Origin: Solirubrobacterales bacterium
Lineage (GTDB): Bacteria; Actinomycetota; Thermoleophilia; Solirubrobacterales; 70-9
Direction of reading: 5' to 3'
Assembly (NCBI GenBank): GCA_035509895.1
Contig: DATKIA010000023.1
Coordinates: forward strand, 7-64,006
DNA: 64,000 nt
Position numbers and translations under genes: made by a program. A model generated the notes under the pieces. It had not been told where the DNA came from. It did not search any database and was given only the letters and a program-made list of their open reading frames with translations. Of this stretch, positions 54,498-64,000 are shown one piece after another. Within the stretch, counting starts at the first letter, position 1. Each line of letters opens with the position of its first letter.

Positions 54498-56708
54498 GTG
54501 ATCGCGCGGTTCGCCGCTGCCGTCACCGGGCCGCGCGGGCGGTGGCTGACGATCGGGGCCTGGGTCGTGCTCGGGGTCGCTGGCTGGATCGGGCACTCGA
54601 AGATCGGCGGCGTCACCGCCCAGGGGCAGGCCAGCTTCCTGCCGGCGAACTCGGAATCGACGCGGGCGATCGAGGCGCTCGACACCGGCGGCGGCAACAA
54701 GAGCGGTGACAGCAGCGTCGGCGAAGAGGTGCCGGCGGTGATCGTCTTCGTCCGCGACGGCGGGCTGACGCAAGCCGACCGGCAGGGGATCGGGCAGCTC
54801 GGCGACCAGCTGAACGAGATGGGGATCACCGGCGCGACGCCGATCATCGATCCCTTCTCGGCCGACTCCGACGCCTCGCTCGGCGACGTGGCGAAGATCG
54901 CCGACGGCATCGGCCCGGTCTCCCGCGACGGCGAAGCGGCCCTGGTCGTCCTCGCCCTTGACGCCGGCGAACGGGGAGCGATCACCCATGGGGTCAAGCA
55001 ATTGCGCCGCTATCTGGCCGAACACCCGATCCCCGGCGTCAGCTCCTACGTCACCGGCCCTGCCGGGATCGCCGCCGACCTCGAGCGGGTCGCCGACGAA
55101 GCGGCCGAAACGCTGCTGGTCGCAACCCTGGGCCTGGTCCTGATCCTGCTGCTGCTCGTCTACCGGGCACCGCTGCTGGCGCTGCTGCCGCTCCTCACCG
55201 TCGGCGCCGCCTACCTGGTCGCGACCGGCATCGCCTACCTGCTGATCGAGGCCGGCTGGATCACCGTCAACTCTGAGGGGACGATGCTCTTACTCGTCCT
55301 CACCTTCGGCGCCGGCACCGACTACTCGCTGCTGCTCGTCCATCGCTATCGCGAGGAGCTCGACGCGGGCAACCCGCAGACGGCGGCGCTGCAGACGGCG
55401 CTGGCCGAGAGCGGGCCGGCGATCGCCGCCTCGGCCGGAACGGTGATGGCGGCGATGCTGGTCCTGCTCGTCGCCAACCTCGAGTCGACCCACTGGCTGG
55501 GACCGATCCTGGCGATCGGGATCGCGACGATGCTTACCGCCGCCTTCACCCTGTTGCCAGCGCTGCTCGCGGTCCTCGGCGAGCGCGCCTTCTGGCCGCG
55601 GGGCGCATTGGTCGCACATGGAGCGACTAACGCGCCCCATCGGGTCGGGCCGAGCATGTGGGAGCGGGCCGCGGCGCTGGTCCGGCGTCGCTCCCGCCCG
55701 ATCATCCTCGTCGTCAGCGCCGGCCTGCTCGTGCTCGCGCTCGGCAACTTCACCCACCACGGCACCGTCGGCTTCGCCGCGGGTGAGACCGAGCCGACCC
55801 AGTCCAGCCGCGGCACCAAGGCGATCGAAGAACACTTCCCACCCGGGATCAGCTCGCCGCTGGCGGCGGTCGTCGCCGACGCCAAGGTCAGTCCGGTCTC
55901 GCGCGGGATGGAACGCCTCGACGAGGTCAAGCTGGTGCTGCCGGTCCCGGCCAGCGCCAGCGGCTCGGAAAAGTCGGTCGTCGTCATCGTCCTCCGCGGC
56001 GACCCCTACTCGGGCAAGGCGGCCGCGGACGTCGGCGCGATCCGTGACCGCCTGCACGAAATCGCACCCGACGGCCTGCTCGGTGGAATCCCGGCCGAGA
56101 ACTACGACATCGAGCAGACCAACGCCCGCGACACCCGACTGGTGCTGCCACTCGTCCTGCTGGTCGTCGCCCTGATCCTGGCGGCGGTGCTGCGAGCGCT
56201 GGTCGCCCCCGCCTACCTGATCGCCACCGTCGTCCTCTCCTTCGCCGCCACCCTCGGCCTCTGCACCGCCCTCTTCTCCTGGCTCAGCAGCGAAGGCCTT
56301 GCCTTCAATCTGGTCCTGATGTCGTTCATCTTCCTCGTCGCGCTCGGGGTCGACTACAACATCTTCCTGATGGCGCGGGCGCGGGAGGAGGCGGCCCGCG
56401 CCGGCACCCGCGAGGGGATCCTGCGCGCCCTCGTCCACACCGGCGGCGTCGTCACCGGCGCCGGCCTGATCCTCGCCGGGACCTTCGCCACCCTCGTCCT
56501 GCTGCCGCTCGAGGAGCTGGTCCAGATCGGGGCCACGGTCGCGATCGGCGTCCTCCTCGACACCTTCGTCGTCCGCGCTCTGCTGATCCCGGCGATCACC
56601 TACCGCCTCGGCGAGCGCACCTGGTGGCCGTCCCGCATCGATCCGCCGAGAGTTGACTTAACCGGTCCCCAGCCCGGTGAACTCAACACTCGGCGCTTGG
56701 GTCAGTAG
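54498..56708 (+). CDS. MMPL-family (RND superfamily) membrane transporter
   Basis: 736-aa ORF with two 6-TM bundles, each preceded by a soluble domain. Conserved GAGTDYSLLLVHRYREE and ALGVDYNIFLMARAREE. Confidence 0.88.
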   Translation: MIARFAAAVTGPRGRWLTIGAWVVLGVAGWIGHSKIGGVTAQGQASFLPANSESTRAIEALDTGGGNKSGDSSVGEEVPAVIVFVRDGGLTQADRQGIGQLGDQLNEMGITGATPIIDPFSADSDASLGDVAKIADGIGPVSRDGEAALVVLALDAGERGAITHGVKQLRRYLAEHPIPGVSSYVTGPAGIAADLERVADEAAETLLVATLGLVLILLLLVYRAPLLALLPLLTVGAAYLVATGIAYLLIEAGWITVNSEGTMLLLVLTFGAGTDYSLLLVHRYREELDAGNPQTAALQTALAESGPAIAASAGTVMAAMLVLLVANLESTHWLGPILAIGIATMLTAAFTLLPALLAVLGERAFWPRGALVAHGATNAPHRVGPSMWERAAALVRRRSRPIILVVSAGLLVLALGNFTHHGTVGFAAGETEPTQSSRGTKAIEEHFPPGISSPLAAVVADAKVSPVSRGMERLDEVKLVLPVPASASGSEKSVVVIVLRGDPYSGKAAADVGAIRDRLHEIAPDGLLGGIPAENYDIEQTNARDTRLVLPLVLLVVALILAAVLRALVAPAYLIATVVLSFAATLGLCTALFSWLSSEGLAFNLVLMSFIFLVALGVDYNIFLMARAREEAARAGTREGILRALVHTGGVVTGAGLILAGTFATLVLLPLEELVQIGATVAIGVLLDTFVVRALLIPAITYRLGERTWWPSRIDPPRVDLTGPQPGELNTRRLGQ

Positions 56709-58075
56709 CCGGGCGTCATTTTGGTCTGCTTGCGCTCCGACTCGTGGGCGCCGCCCTTCTTCTCGAGCGTCGCGCAGGCCTGTTCGACGTCGTTGGAGAG
56801 GCGGTCGACCTGGGCGCGGCTGAGCGTCTCCTTGACCAGCGCCCGCATCACCTTCACGTCTTCGGCGTCGGGCGGCATCGTGTAGGCGGGCAGCATCCAG
56901 CCGCGCTCGGCCGAGAGCTGCCAGGAGACGTCGAACTCGTCGTAGTTCTTGCCCTCGACGAGCTTGAAGGCGACCAGCGGCAGCTGCTCCTCGTCGGCGC
57001 CGATCAGCTCGAAGTGGCCCATCGACTCGAGGTCCTTGGCCAGCGCCGTCGCGTTTTCCTCCATCACCCGCATGATGTAGCCGTAGCCCTCACGACCGAG
57101 GCGGACGAAGTTGTAGTACTGCGCGAGCACCATCGAGGCGCCGGTCGAGAAGTTGAGGGTGAAGGTCGCGTCGGTTTTGCCGAGGTAGTTCTCGTAGAAG
57201 ACGAGGTCGTCGGCGAGGTCGGCTTTCTCGCGGAAGATCAGCCACCCGATCCCCGGATAGACGAGCCCGAACTTGTGCCCGGAGACGTTGATCGAGCGCA
57301 CCTGCTCGAGCCGGAAGTCCCACTCGGAGTCCGGGTAGAGGAAGGGCCAGACGAAGCCACCGGAGGCGGCGTCGACGTGCATCGGCACGTCGAGCCCTTT
57401 CCCCTTCAGCTCCAGCAGCAGCTTGTTGATGCCGACGATGTCGTCGGCGTGGCCGGTGAAGGTGGTGCCGAGGACCGCGGCGACGCCGATCGTGTTCTCG
57501 TCGATGTGGGGCTCGACGTCCTCGGGCCCGATCACGTACTTGTCTTCCTGCAGGCGGACGATCCGCGGTTCGACGTCGAAGTAGCGGCAGAACTTTTCCC
57601 AGACCACGTGGACGTCGCCGCCGAAGACGAGGTTGGGCTTGTCGACCGGCTTCGATTCGGCTTCGCGCCGTTCCTTCCATTTCCACTTCAGCGAGAGCGC
57701 GCCAAGCATGATCGCCTCCGAGGAGCCCTGGGTGCGGGCGCCGGTGGTCTCCCCGGGCGCGTGGTATAGGTCGGCGAGCATGCGAATGCAGCGCTGCTCG
57801 ATCTCGGCCGAGATCGGGTACTCGGCGTGGTCGATGAAGTTGCGGTAGAGGTTTTCGGCGATCAGCCGCTGCGCCTCCGGCTCCATCCAGGTGGTGACGA
57901 AGGTGGCCAGGTTGCGCCACGGGTCCCCCTCCAACACCAGTTCCTCGTCGACCACGCGCATCGCGTCGAGCGCCGACATGCCGCTTGCCGGAAAGGGACC
58001 GTCGGGAGCGCTCTCGGTCAGCCAGCGGCTGCCGTAGAACATCGCGTCGTTGGGAGGAGCGGAGTCTTTTTTCAT
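56702..58075 (-). CDS. gad: Glutamate decarboxylase (PLP-dependent)
   Basis: Start at ATG 58075. The PLP-lysine motif is SINVSGHKFGLVYPGIGWLIFR. The C-terminus ends ...KMTPGY. Confidence 0.9.
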   Translation of the reverse strand: MKKDSAPPNDAMFYGSRWLTESAPDGPFPASGMSALDAMRVVDEELVLEGDPWRNLATFVTTWMEPEAQRLIAENLYRNFIDHAEYPISAEIEQRCIRMLADLYHAPGETTGARTQGSSEAIMLGALSLKWKWKERREAESKPVDKPNLVFGGDVHVVWEKFCRYFDVEPRIVRLQEDKYVIGPEDVEPHIDENTIGVAAVLGTTFTGHADDIVGINKLLLELKGKGLDVPMHVDAASGGFVWPFLYPDSEWDFRLEQVRSINVSGHKFGLVYPGIGWLIFREKADLADDLVFYENYLGKTDATFTLNFSTGASMVLAQYYNFVRLGREGYGYIMRVMEENATALAKDLESMGHFELIGADEEQLPLVAFKLVEGKNYDEFDVSWQLSAERGWMLPAYTMPPDAEDVKVMRALVKETLSRAQVDRLSNDVEQACATLEKKGGAHESERKQTKMTPGY

Positions 58076-58184
58076 ACCGGCCAGCCTATTCGCGGCCGAC
58101 GATAGAGTGGCCATAAGTCGGATCAGAGTGAGGACTTTGCCCAAAGACGAAAGGATCGCCGTGAACGGGGACGCGTTGGACGAG

Positions 58185-58604
58185 ATGGGACCGATCGACT
58201 ACATCCTGGTCGAGTGGCCGGGCCGGCAGCCGAACGGCGAGGCCCTACCGCACCTGGTCGACCTCGTCGATCGCGGGCTGATCCGGATCATCGACCTCGC
58301 CTTCATCGCCAAGGACGAGAACGGCGACGTCGCGATGCTGGAGATCGCCGACCTCGGCGGTGAAGTCGCGGAGCTGGCCGTCTTCGAGGGCGCCTCCTCG
58401 GGGCTGATCCACGACGACGACATCGGCACCGCCGCGGACGTGCTCGAGCCGGGCACCTCGGCCGCGCTGCTCGTCTACGAGAACACCTGGGCGGCGCCGT
58501 TCGCCGCCGCCGTACGTCGCTCAGGCGGCCAGCTCGTCGCCAGCGGCCGCATCCCCGTCGAAGACCTCCTCGCCGCGCTCGACGCGGCCGAGGCCACCGC
58601 TTAG
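58185..58604 (+). CDS. DUF6325-like protein
   Basis: MGPIDYILVEWPGRQPNGEALPHLVDLVDRGLIRIIDLAFIAKDENGDV fits my recollection of DUF6325. An alternative start is GTG 58161. Confidence 0.6.
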   Translation: MGPIDYILVEWPGRQPNGEALPHLVDLVDRGLIRIIDLAFIAKDENGDVAMLEIADLGGEVAELAVFEGASSGLIHDDDIGTAADVLEPGTSAALLVYENTWAAPFAAAVRRSGGQLVASGRIPVEDLLAALDAAEATA

Positions 58605-58617
58605 AGAGGAGCCAGAG

Positions 58618-58911
58618 ATGCCAGGACTACTTCGAGGAATGGCCCGCACCGCCGTCGTCGCCGGAACCGCAACCGCCGTCAGCGGCCGGGTCCATCGCCG
58701 TCAGGAATCGCGCTGGGCGCAGCAGGAAGAACAGCAGTACGCCCAGCAGGCTCCCCCGCCCCAGGCGGCTGCCCCCGCGCCCGCTGCGCCGCCGGCCGGC
58801 GGCGAGTCGTCGATGATCGACCAGCTGAAGCAGCTCGGCGAACTGAAAGAGCAGGGGATCCTCACCGAGGAGGAGTTCGCCGCGCAGAAGGCCAAGCTGC
58901 TGGGCAGCTAA
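58618..58911 (+). CDS. SHOCT-domain protein
   Basis: 97-aa ORF with a Q/P/A-rich linker and C-terminal SHOCT motif LKQLGELKEQGILTEEEFAAQKAKLL. Confidence 0.7.
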   Translation: MPGLLRGMARTAVVAGTATAVSGRVHRRQESRWAQQEEQQYAQQAPPPQAAAPAPAAPPAGGESSMIDQLKQLGELKEQGILTEEEFAAQKAKLLGS

Positions 58912-58948
58912 GGCCGCCCGGCAGGCGCCGCTGCGGCAAACTGCGGCG

Positions 58949-59632
58949 ATGGCTGACATCGCGACGATCGCGGAGATCGGGACCGCCGTTGGGACCCTGT
59001 TCCTCGGCGCCGCCACCTTCGCCTCGGTCCGCTCGGCGAACCGGGCGGCACGGGTCGCCGAGCGCTCCCTGCTGCTGGGGCTGCGGCCGGTGCTGGTCAC
59101 GGCGCGCTACGAGGACCCGGACGCCAAGGTCCTATTCGGCGACGGGCAAAAATTCAGAGTCGTTGCCGGCACCGGGCTGTTCGAACAGATCGACGAGATC
59201 GTCTATCTGGCGATCCCGCTGCGCAACGTCGGCACCGGCCTCGCCGTCCTGCAGGGCTACGACGTGATCCTCGGCGACTTCGTCCAGGATGCCTACCGGA
59301 TACCGAAACCCGGGGTGTTCGACCGCCAGGAGCGCCACTACCGACCGATCGAGAACTTCCGCAACCAGCAGCGCGACATCTACATCGCGCCCGGCGACAT
59401 CGGGTACTGGCACGCCGCCTTCCGCGATGCCCGTGAGGGCCTGCATGCCGAGCTGAAGGCGGCGCAGGCCGAGCGGGAATCGATCTCGATCGACCTCCTC
59501 TACGGCGACCACGAGGGCGGCCAGCACCAGGTCAGCCGCTTCGTCCTGCTCCCGATCGACGACGGCCGCTGGCTCTGCAACGTCGTCTTCCACTGGACGA
59601 TCGAGGGCCGGGACCCCCGCGACCCGGGTTAG
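58949..59632 (+). CDS. Hypothetical membrane-anchored protein
   Basis: 227-aa ORF with an N-terminal TM helix (IAEIGTAVGTLFLGAATFASV). No recognisable domain. Confidence 0.5.
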   Translation: MADIATIAEIGTAVGTLFLGAATFASVRSANRAARVAERSLLLGLRPVLVTARYEDPDAKVLFGDGQKFRVVAGTGLFEQIDEIVYLAIPLRNVGTGLAVLQGYDVILGDFVQDAYRIPKPGVFDRQERHYRPIENFRNQQRDIYIAPGDIGYWHAAFRDAREGLHAELKAAQAERESISIDLLYGDHEGGQHQVSRFVLLPIDDGRWLCNVVFHWTIEGRDPRDPG

Positions 59633-60276
59633 TTCAGCGCGTAGTACAGGTGGGTCGCTTCGGGGCCAGCGACGACCCGCTCGATCTCGAGCTTCGGCGC
59701 CGGCTCACCGAGGTTCTCGAGCAGGCGCGCGCCGCCGCCGAGCACGATCGGGACCTGGTTCAGGAGCAGCTCGTCGAGTAGGCCGGCGGCGATTGCCTGC
59801 TGGATCGTGGCGGCGCCGCCGCCGATCGAGACGTCGAGGTCGCCGGCGGCTTCCTTGGCCTGGACGATCGCACTCTCGACGCCCTCGGTGACGAAGTAGA
59901 AGGTGGTGCCGCCCTCCATCTCAAGCGGCTCGCGCTCGTGGTGGGTGAGGACGAAGACAGGCGTGTGGAAGGGCGGTTCGTCGCCCCACCAGCCGTTCCA
60001 GGCCGGCTCGGTCCACTCGCCGCGGACCGGAGCGAACATGTTGCGGCCCATCACCACGGCGCCGGTGCCTTCCTGCGCCTCCTGGATCACCGCGTTGCTC
60101 GGGTTCTCGTCCCCCTCCCCGCTCTCGCGGCCGTGCGCCTGCTGCCAGGAGGAGAGCTTGAAGACCCACTCGTGCAGGTCCATCCCGCCTTCGCCGAGCG
60201 GGTGTTCCTCACTCTGGTTGGGACCGGCGATGAAGCCGTCGAGCGAGATCGAGATCTGGGCCTTGACCTTGCTCAT
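59629..60276 (-). CDS. Dihydrofolate-reductase-like (RibD C-terminal domain) family protein
   Basis: 215-aa ORF with ISISLDGFIAGPN...VMGRNMF...IGGGAATIQQAIAAGLLDELLL. Confidence 0.78.
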   Translation of the reverse strand: MSKVKAQISISLDGFIAGPNQSEEHPLGEGGMDLHEWVFKLSSWQQAHGRESGEGDENPSNAVIQEAQEGTGAVVMGRNMFAPVRGEWTEPAWNGWWGDEPPFHTPVFVLTHHEREPLEMEGGTTFYFVTEGVESAIVQAKEAAGDLDVSIGGGAATIQQAIAAGLLDELLLNQVPIVLGGGARLLENLGEPAPKLEIERVVAGPEATHLYYALN

Positions 60277-60286
60277 CGACCGCGCC

Positions 60287-60619
60287 TCAGCCGCCGTGCT
60301 CGGCCTCGGCGACCGTCAGCTCAGCGGTCGGGTTCGCTTCCAGGCGCTCGTCGGGGATCGGCTCACCACTGCGGACCGAAAGCCCGTAGGTGCCGGCGGC
60401 GAGGCGCTCCTCGGCCCGCTCGACCGCTTCGAGGCGGCGTTTGAGGTCATCGACGCGGCCGGCGTCGAACTCGTCCTGGTAGAGGTCCTCGGAGTCGAAG
60501 TCTCCCGGCTCGCGACGTTCGTCGCCCTCCTCGGGTCCACCGCGCCGCGCGGCCTCGATCTCTTTTTCGACCTGCTCCCGCTCGGTCGCCAGCAGCTCTT
60601 TCGCGCGTGATGGATCCAT
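60287..60619 (-). CDS. DksA/TraR-like protein lacking the zinc-finger cysteines
   Basis: Acidic coiled-coil N-terminus. At the end, GTYGLSVRSGEPIPDERL stands where the family normally has GxYGxCxxCGxxI. Confidence 0.6.
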   Translation of the reverse strand: MDPSRAKELLATEREQVEKEIEAARRGGPEEGDERREPGDFDSEDLYQDEFDAGRVDDLKRRLEAVERAEERLAAGTYGLSVRSGEPIPDERLEANPTAELTVAEAEHGG

Positions 60620-60686
60620 GCCGGAACCGTATCGGTCCGCCCGGCCCGTCGTTGATTCGCCCTGCCTGGGCGGAATCGGAGGGTGG

Positions 60687-60714
60687 TTGACACGGAAAGC
60701 AATCGCGCTATCCT
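60687..60714 (+). promoter_or_regulatory. Candidate sigma-70-type promoter of lon (TTGACA-16 nt-TATCCT)
   Basis: The -35 TTGACA lies at 60687-60692 and the -10-like TATCCT at 60709-60714, about 23 nt upstream of GTG 60737. Confidence 0.3.
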
Positions 60715-60736
60715 TCTAGAGGACTAACTACAGAAA

Positions 60737-63046
<2,310 letters not shown>

Positions 63047-63054
63047 GGCCTCTG

Positions 63055-63369
63055 ATGTCGCCGCGATGTCGCAGCTGCAAGCCGGTGCCGCCCGAGTTGC
63101 GGGCGGCTGCCGGCCTGCTCGAGCGGCGCTGGACGATGGCGACGATCTACGCCTGTTCCAGCGGCGCCACCCGCTTCAACGAGTTCCGCCAGTCGCTGCC
63201 CGGCGTCTCCCCCACCACCCTGTCGGAGCGACTCGACCAGCTCGAGCAGGCCGGGATCGTCGAGCGCCAGCTCGTCCCCGGCCGCCCGCCCCACACCGAG
63301 TACGCGCTGACCGCGCGCGGCGAGCAGCTGGCGAGCGCAGTGGCCGGTTTACTGCAACAGACCAAATAG
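63055..63369 (+). CDS. HxlR-family transcriptional regulator
   Basis: 104-aa ORF with LLERRWTMATIYAC..GATRFNEFRQSLPGVSPTTLSERLDQLEQAGIVER...YALTARG. Confidence 0.8.
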   Translation: MSPRCRSCKPVPPELRAAAGLLERRWTMATIYACSSGATRFNEFRQSLPGVSPTTLSERLDQLEQAGIVERQLVPGRPPHTEYALTARGEQLASAVAGLLQQTK

Positions 63370-63421
63370 GCCGGGTAGGCTCTTCCTTGGATTGGACATC
63401 CGATCCAATCGGAGGCGCAAC

Positions 63422-64000
63422 TTGATAGCCCAGTTCACGCACGTCGGTGGTCCCACCGTCCTGATCGAGGTCGGCGGTTGGCGGCTGCTGACCGACCCGA
63501 CCTTCGACCCGGCCGGCGGCAGCTACCGCTTCGGTTGGGGGACGGGGTCGAAGAAAACGACCGACCCGGCGGTCGCGGCAGCCGCGATCGGCCCGATCGA
63601 TGCCGTCCTGCTCAGCCACGATCACCACGAGGACAACCTCGACGCCGCCGGCCGGGCGCTGCTGCCAAACGTCGGCACGGTGGTGACGACCGTACCGGGA
63701 GCGGAGCGGCTCGGCGGCGCCACCCGCGGCCTCGCCGCCTGGGAGCGGACCGTGCTCGAAGCGCCGGGCAAGCCGACGATCGAGGTCGTCGCCACCCCCT
63801 GTCGCCACGGCCCGCCGCTGACCCACCCGATCGTCGGCGAGGTGATTGGCTTCGCCCTCACCTGGGAGGGACAGGCGCACGGCGCCCTCTGGATCTCCGG
63901 CGACACCGTGCTCTACAGCGGCGTCCGCGAAGTCGCCGACCGGGTCGACGTCGGCACCGCGATCATCCACCTCGGCGGTGTCCGCTTCCCGGTCTCGGGC
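63422..64000 (+). CDS. MBL-fold metallo-hydrolase (3' end outside window)
   Basis: Not in the ORF track because it has no stop in the window. TTG 63422 gives MIAQFTHVGGPTVLIEVGGWRLLTDPTFDP...DAVLLSHDHHEDNLD...ATPCRHGP. It pairs with the upstream hxlR. Confidence 0.7.
   Translation, partial: MIAQFTHVGGPTVLIEVGGWRLLTDPTFDPAGGSYRFGWGTGSKKTTDPAVAAAAIGPIDAVLLSHDHHEDNLDAAGRALLPNVGTVVTTVPGAERLGGATRGLAAWERTVLEAPGKPTIEVVATPCRHGPPLTHPIVGEVIGFALTWEGQAHGALWISGDTVLYSGVREVADRVDVGTAIIHLGGVRFPVSG

Overview
This is a very high-GC bacterial chromosome segment, roughly 70% GC by eye (not computed). Gene content and codon bias look actinobacterial. Thermoleophilia/Rubrobacteria-like is only my guess. About 65 protein-coding genes can be supported. 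Most of the very long ORFs in the six-frame track are GC-driven antisense artefacts. The content is mainly housekeeping and accessory metabolism:
- photolyase and an MTA-salvage gene pair
- CsoR plus a permease
- an OpuC-type osmoprotectant ABC transporter
- several MFS/ABC-2/MMPL transporters with MarR and PadR regulators
- acetyl-CoA synthetase, UppP, an NlpC/P60 hydrolase and PBP1A
- GlnK-Amt-CutA
- a multicopper oxidase plus cupredoxin
- an acyl-CoA carboxyltransferase, glutamate decarboxylase and Lon
- several c-di-GMP and (p)ppGpp signalling proteins

I saw no rRNA, CRISPR array, integrase or transposase.

The observations most worth a second look are:
1. A complete but non-canonical tRNA-like cloverleaf at 18903-18994. 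It has tRNA-Ser/allo-tRNA-type architecture (long extra arm, G73) but an Ile GAU anticodon. It sits in the leader of an orphan Leu/Ile/Val-type binding-protein gene, and that leader also holds a 13-nt perfect antisense copy of its anticodon arm.
2. A 162-bp MITE-like element with 18-bp perfect terminal inverted repeats and a CTAA direct duplication (41507-41668).
3. A roughly 52-nt palindromic element present twice, 43 kb apart, each copy directly after a stop codon.
4. Two genes (uppP and a Tat-exported multicopper oxidase) whose essential N-terminal motifs lie upstream of any ATG/GTG/TTG. Both point to CGC-CTG-G initiation, or to sequence errors.
5. A lower-GC islet with two divergent wHTH paralogues, a 25-nt perfect palindrome, and a three-gene MNT/HEPN cassette.
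6. Several decayed genes: a frameshifted beta-propeller, a HAD stub, and an orphan transmembrane-coding frame.

All calls rest on reading motifs in the translations and pairing bases by hand. No database search was possible.
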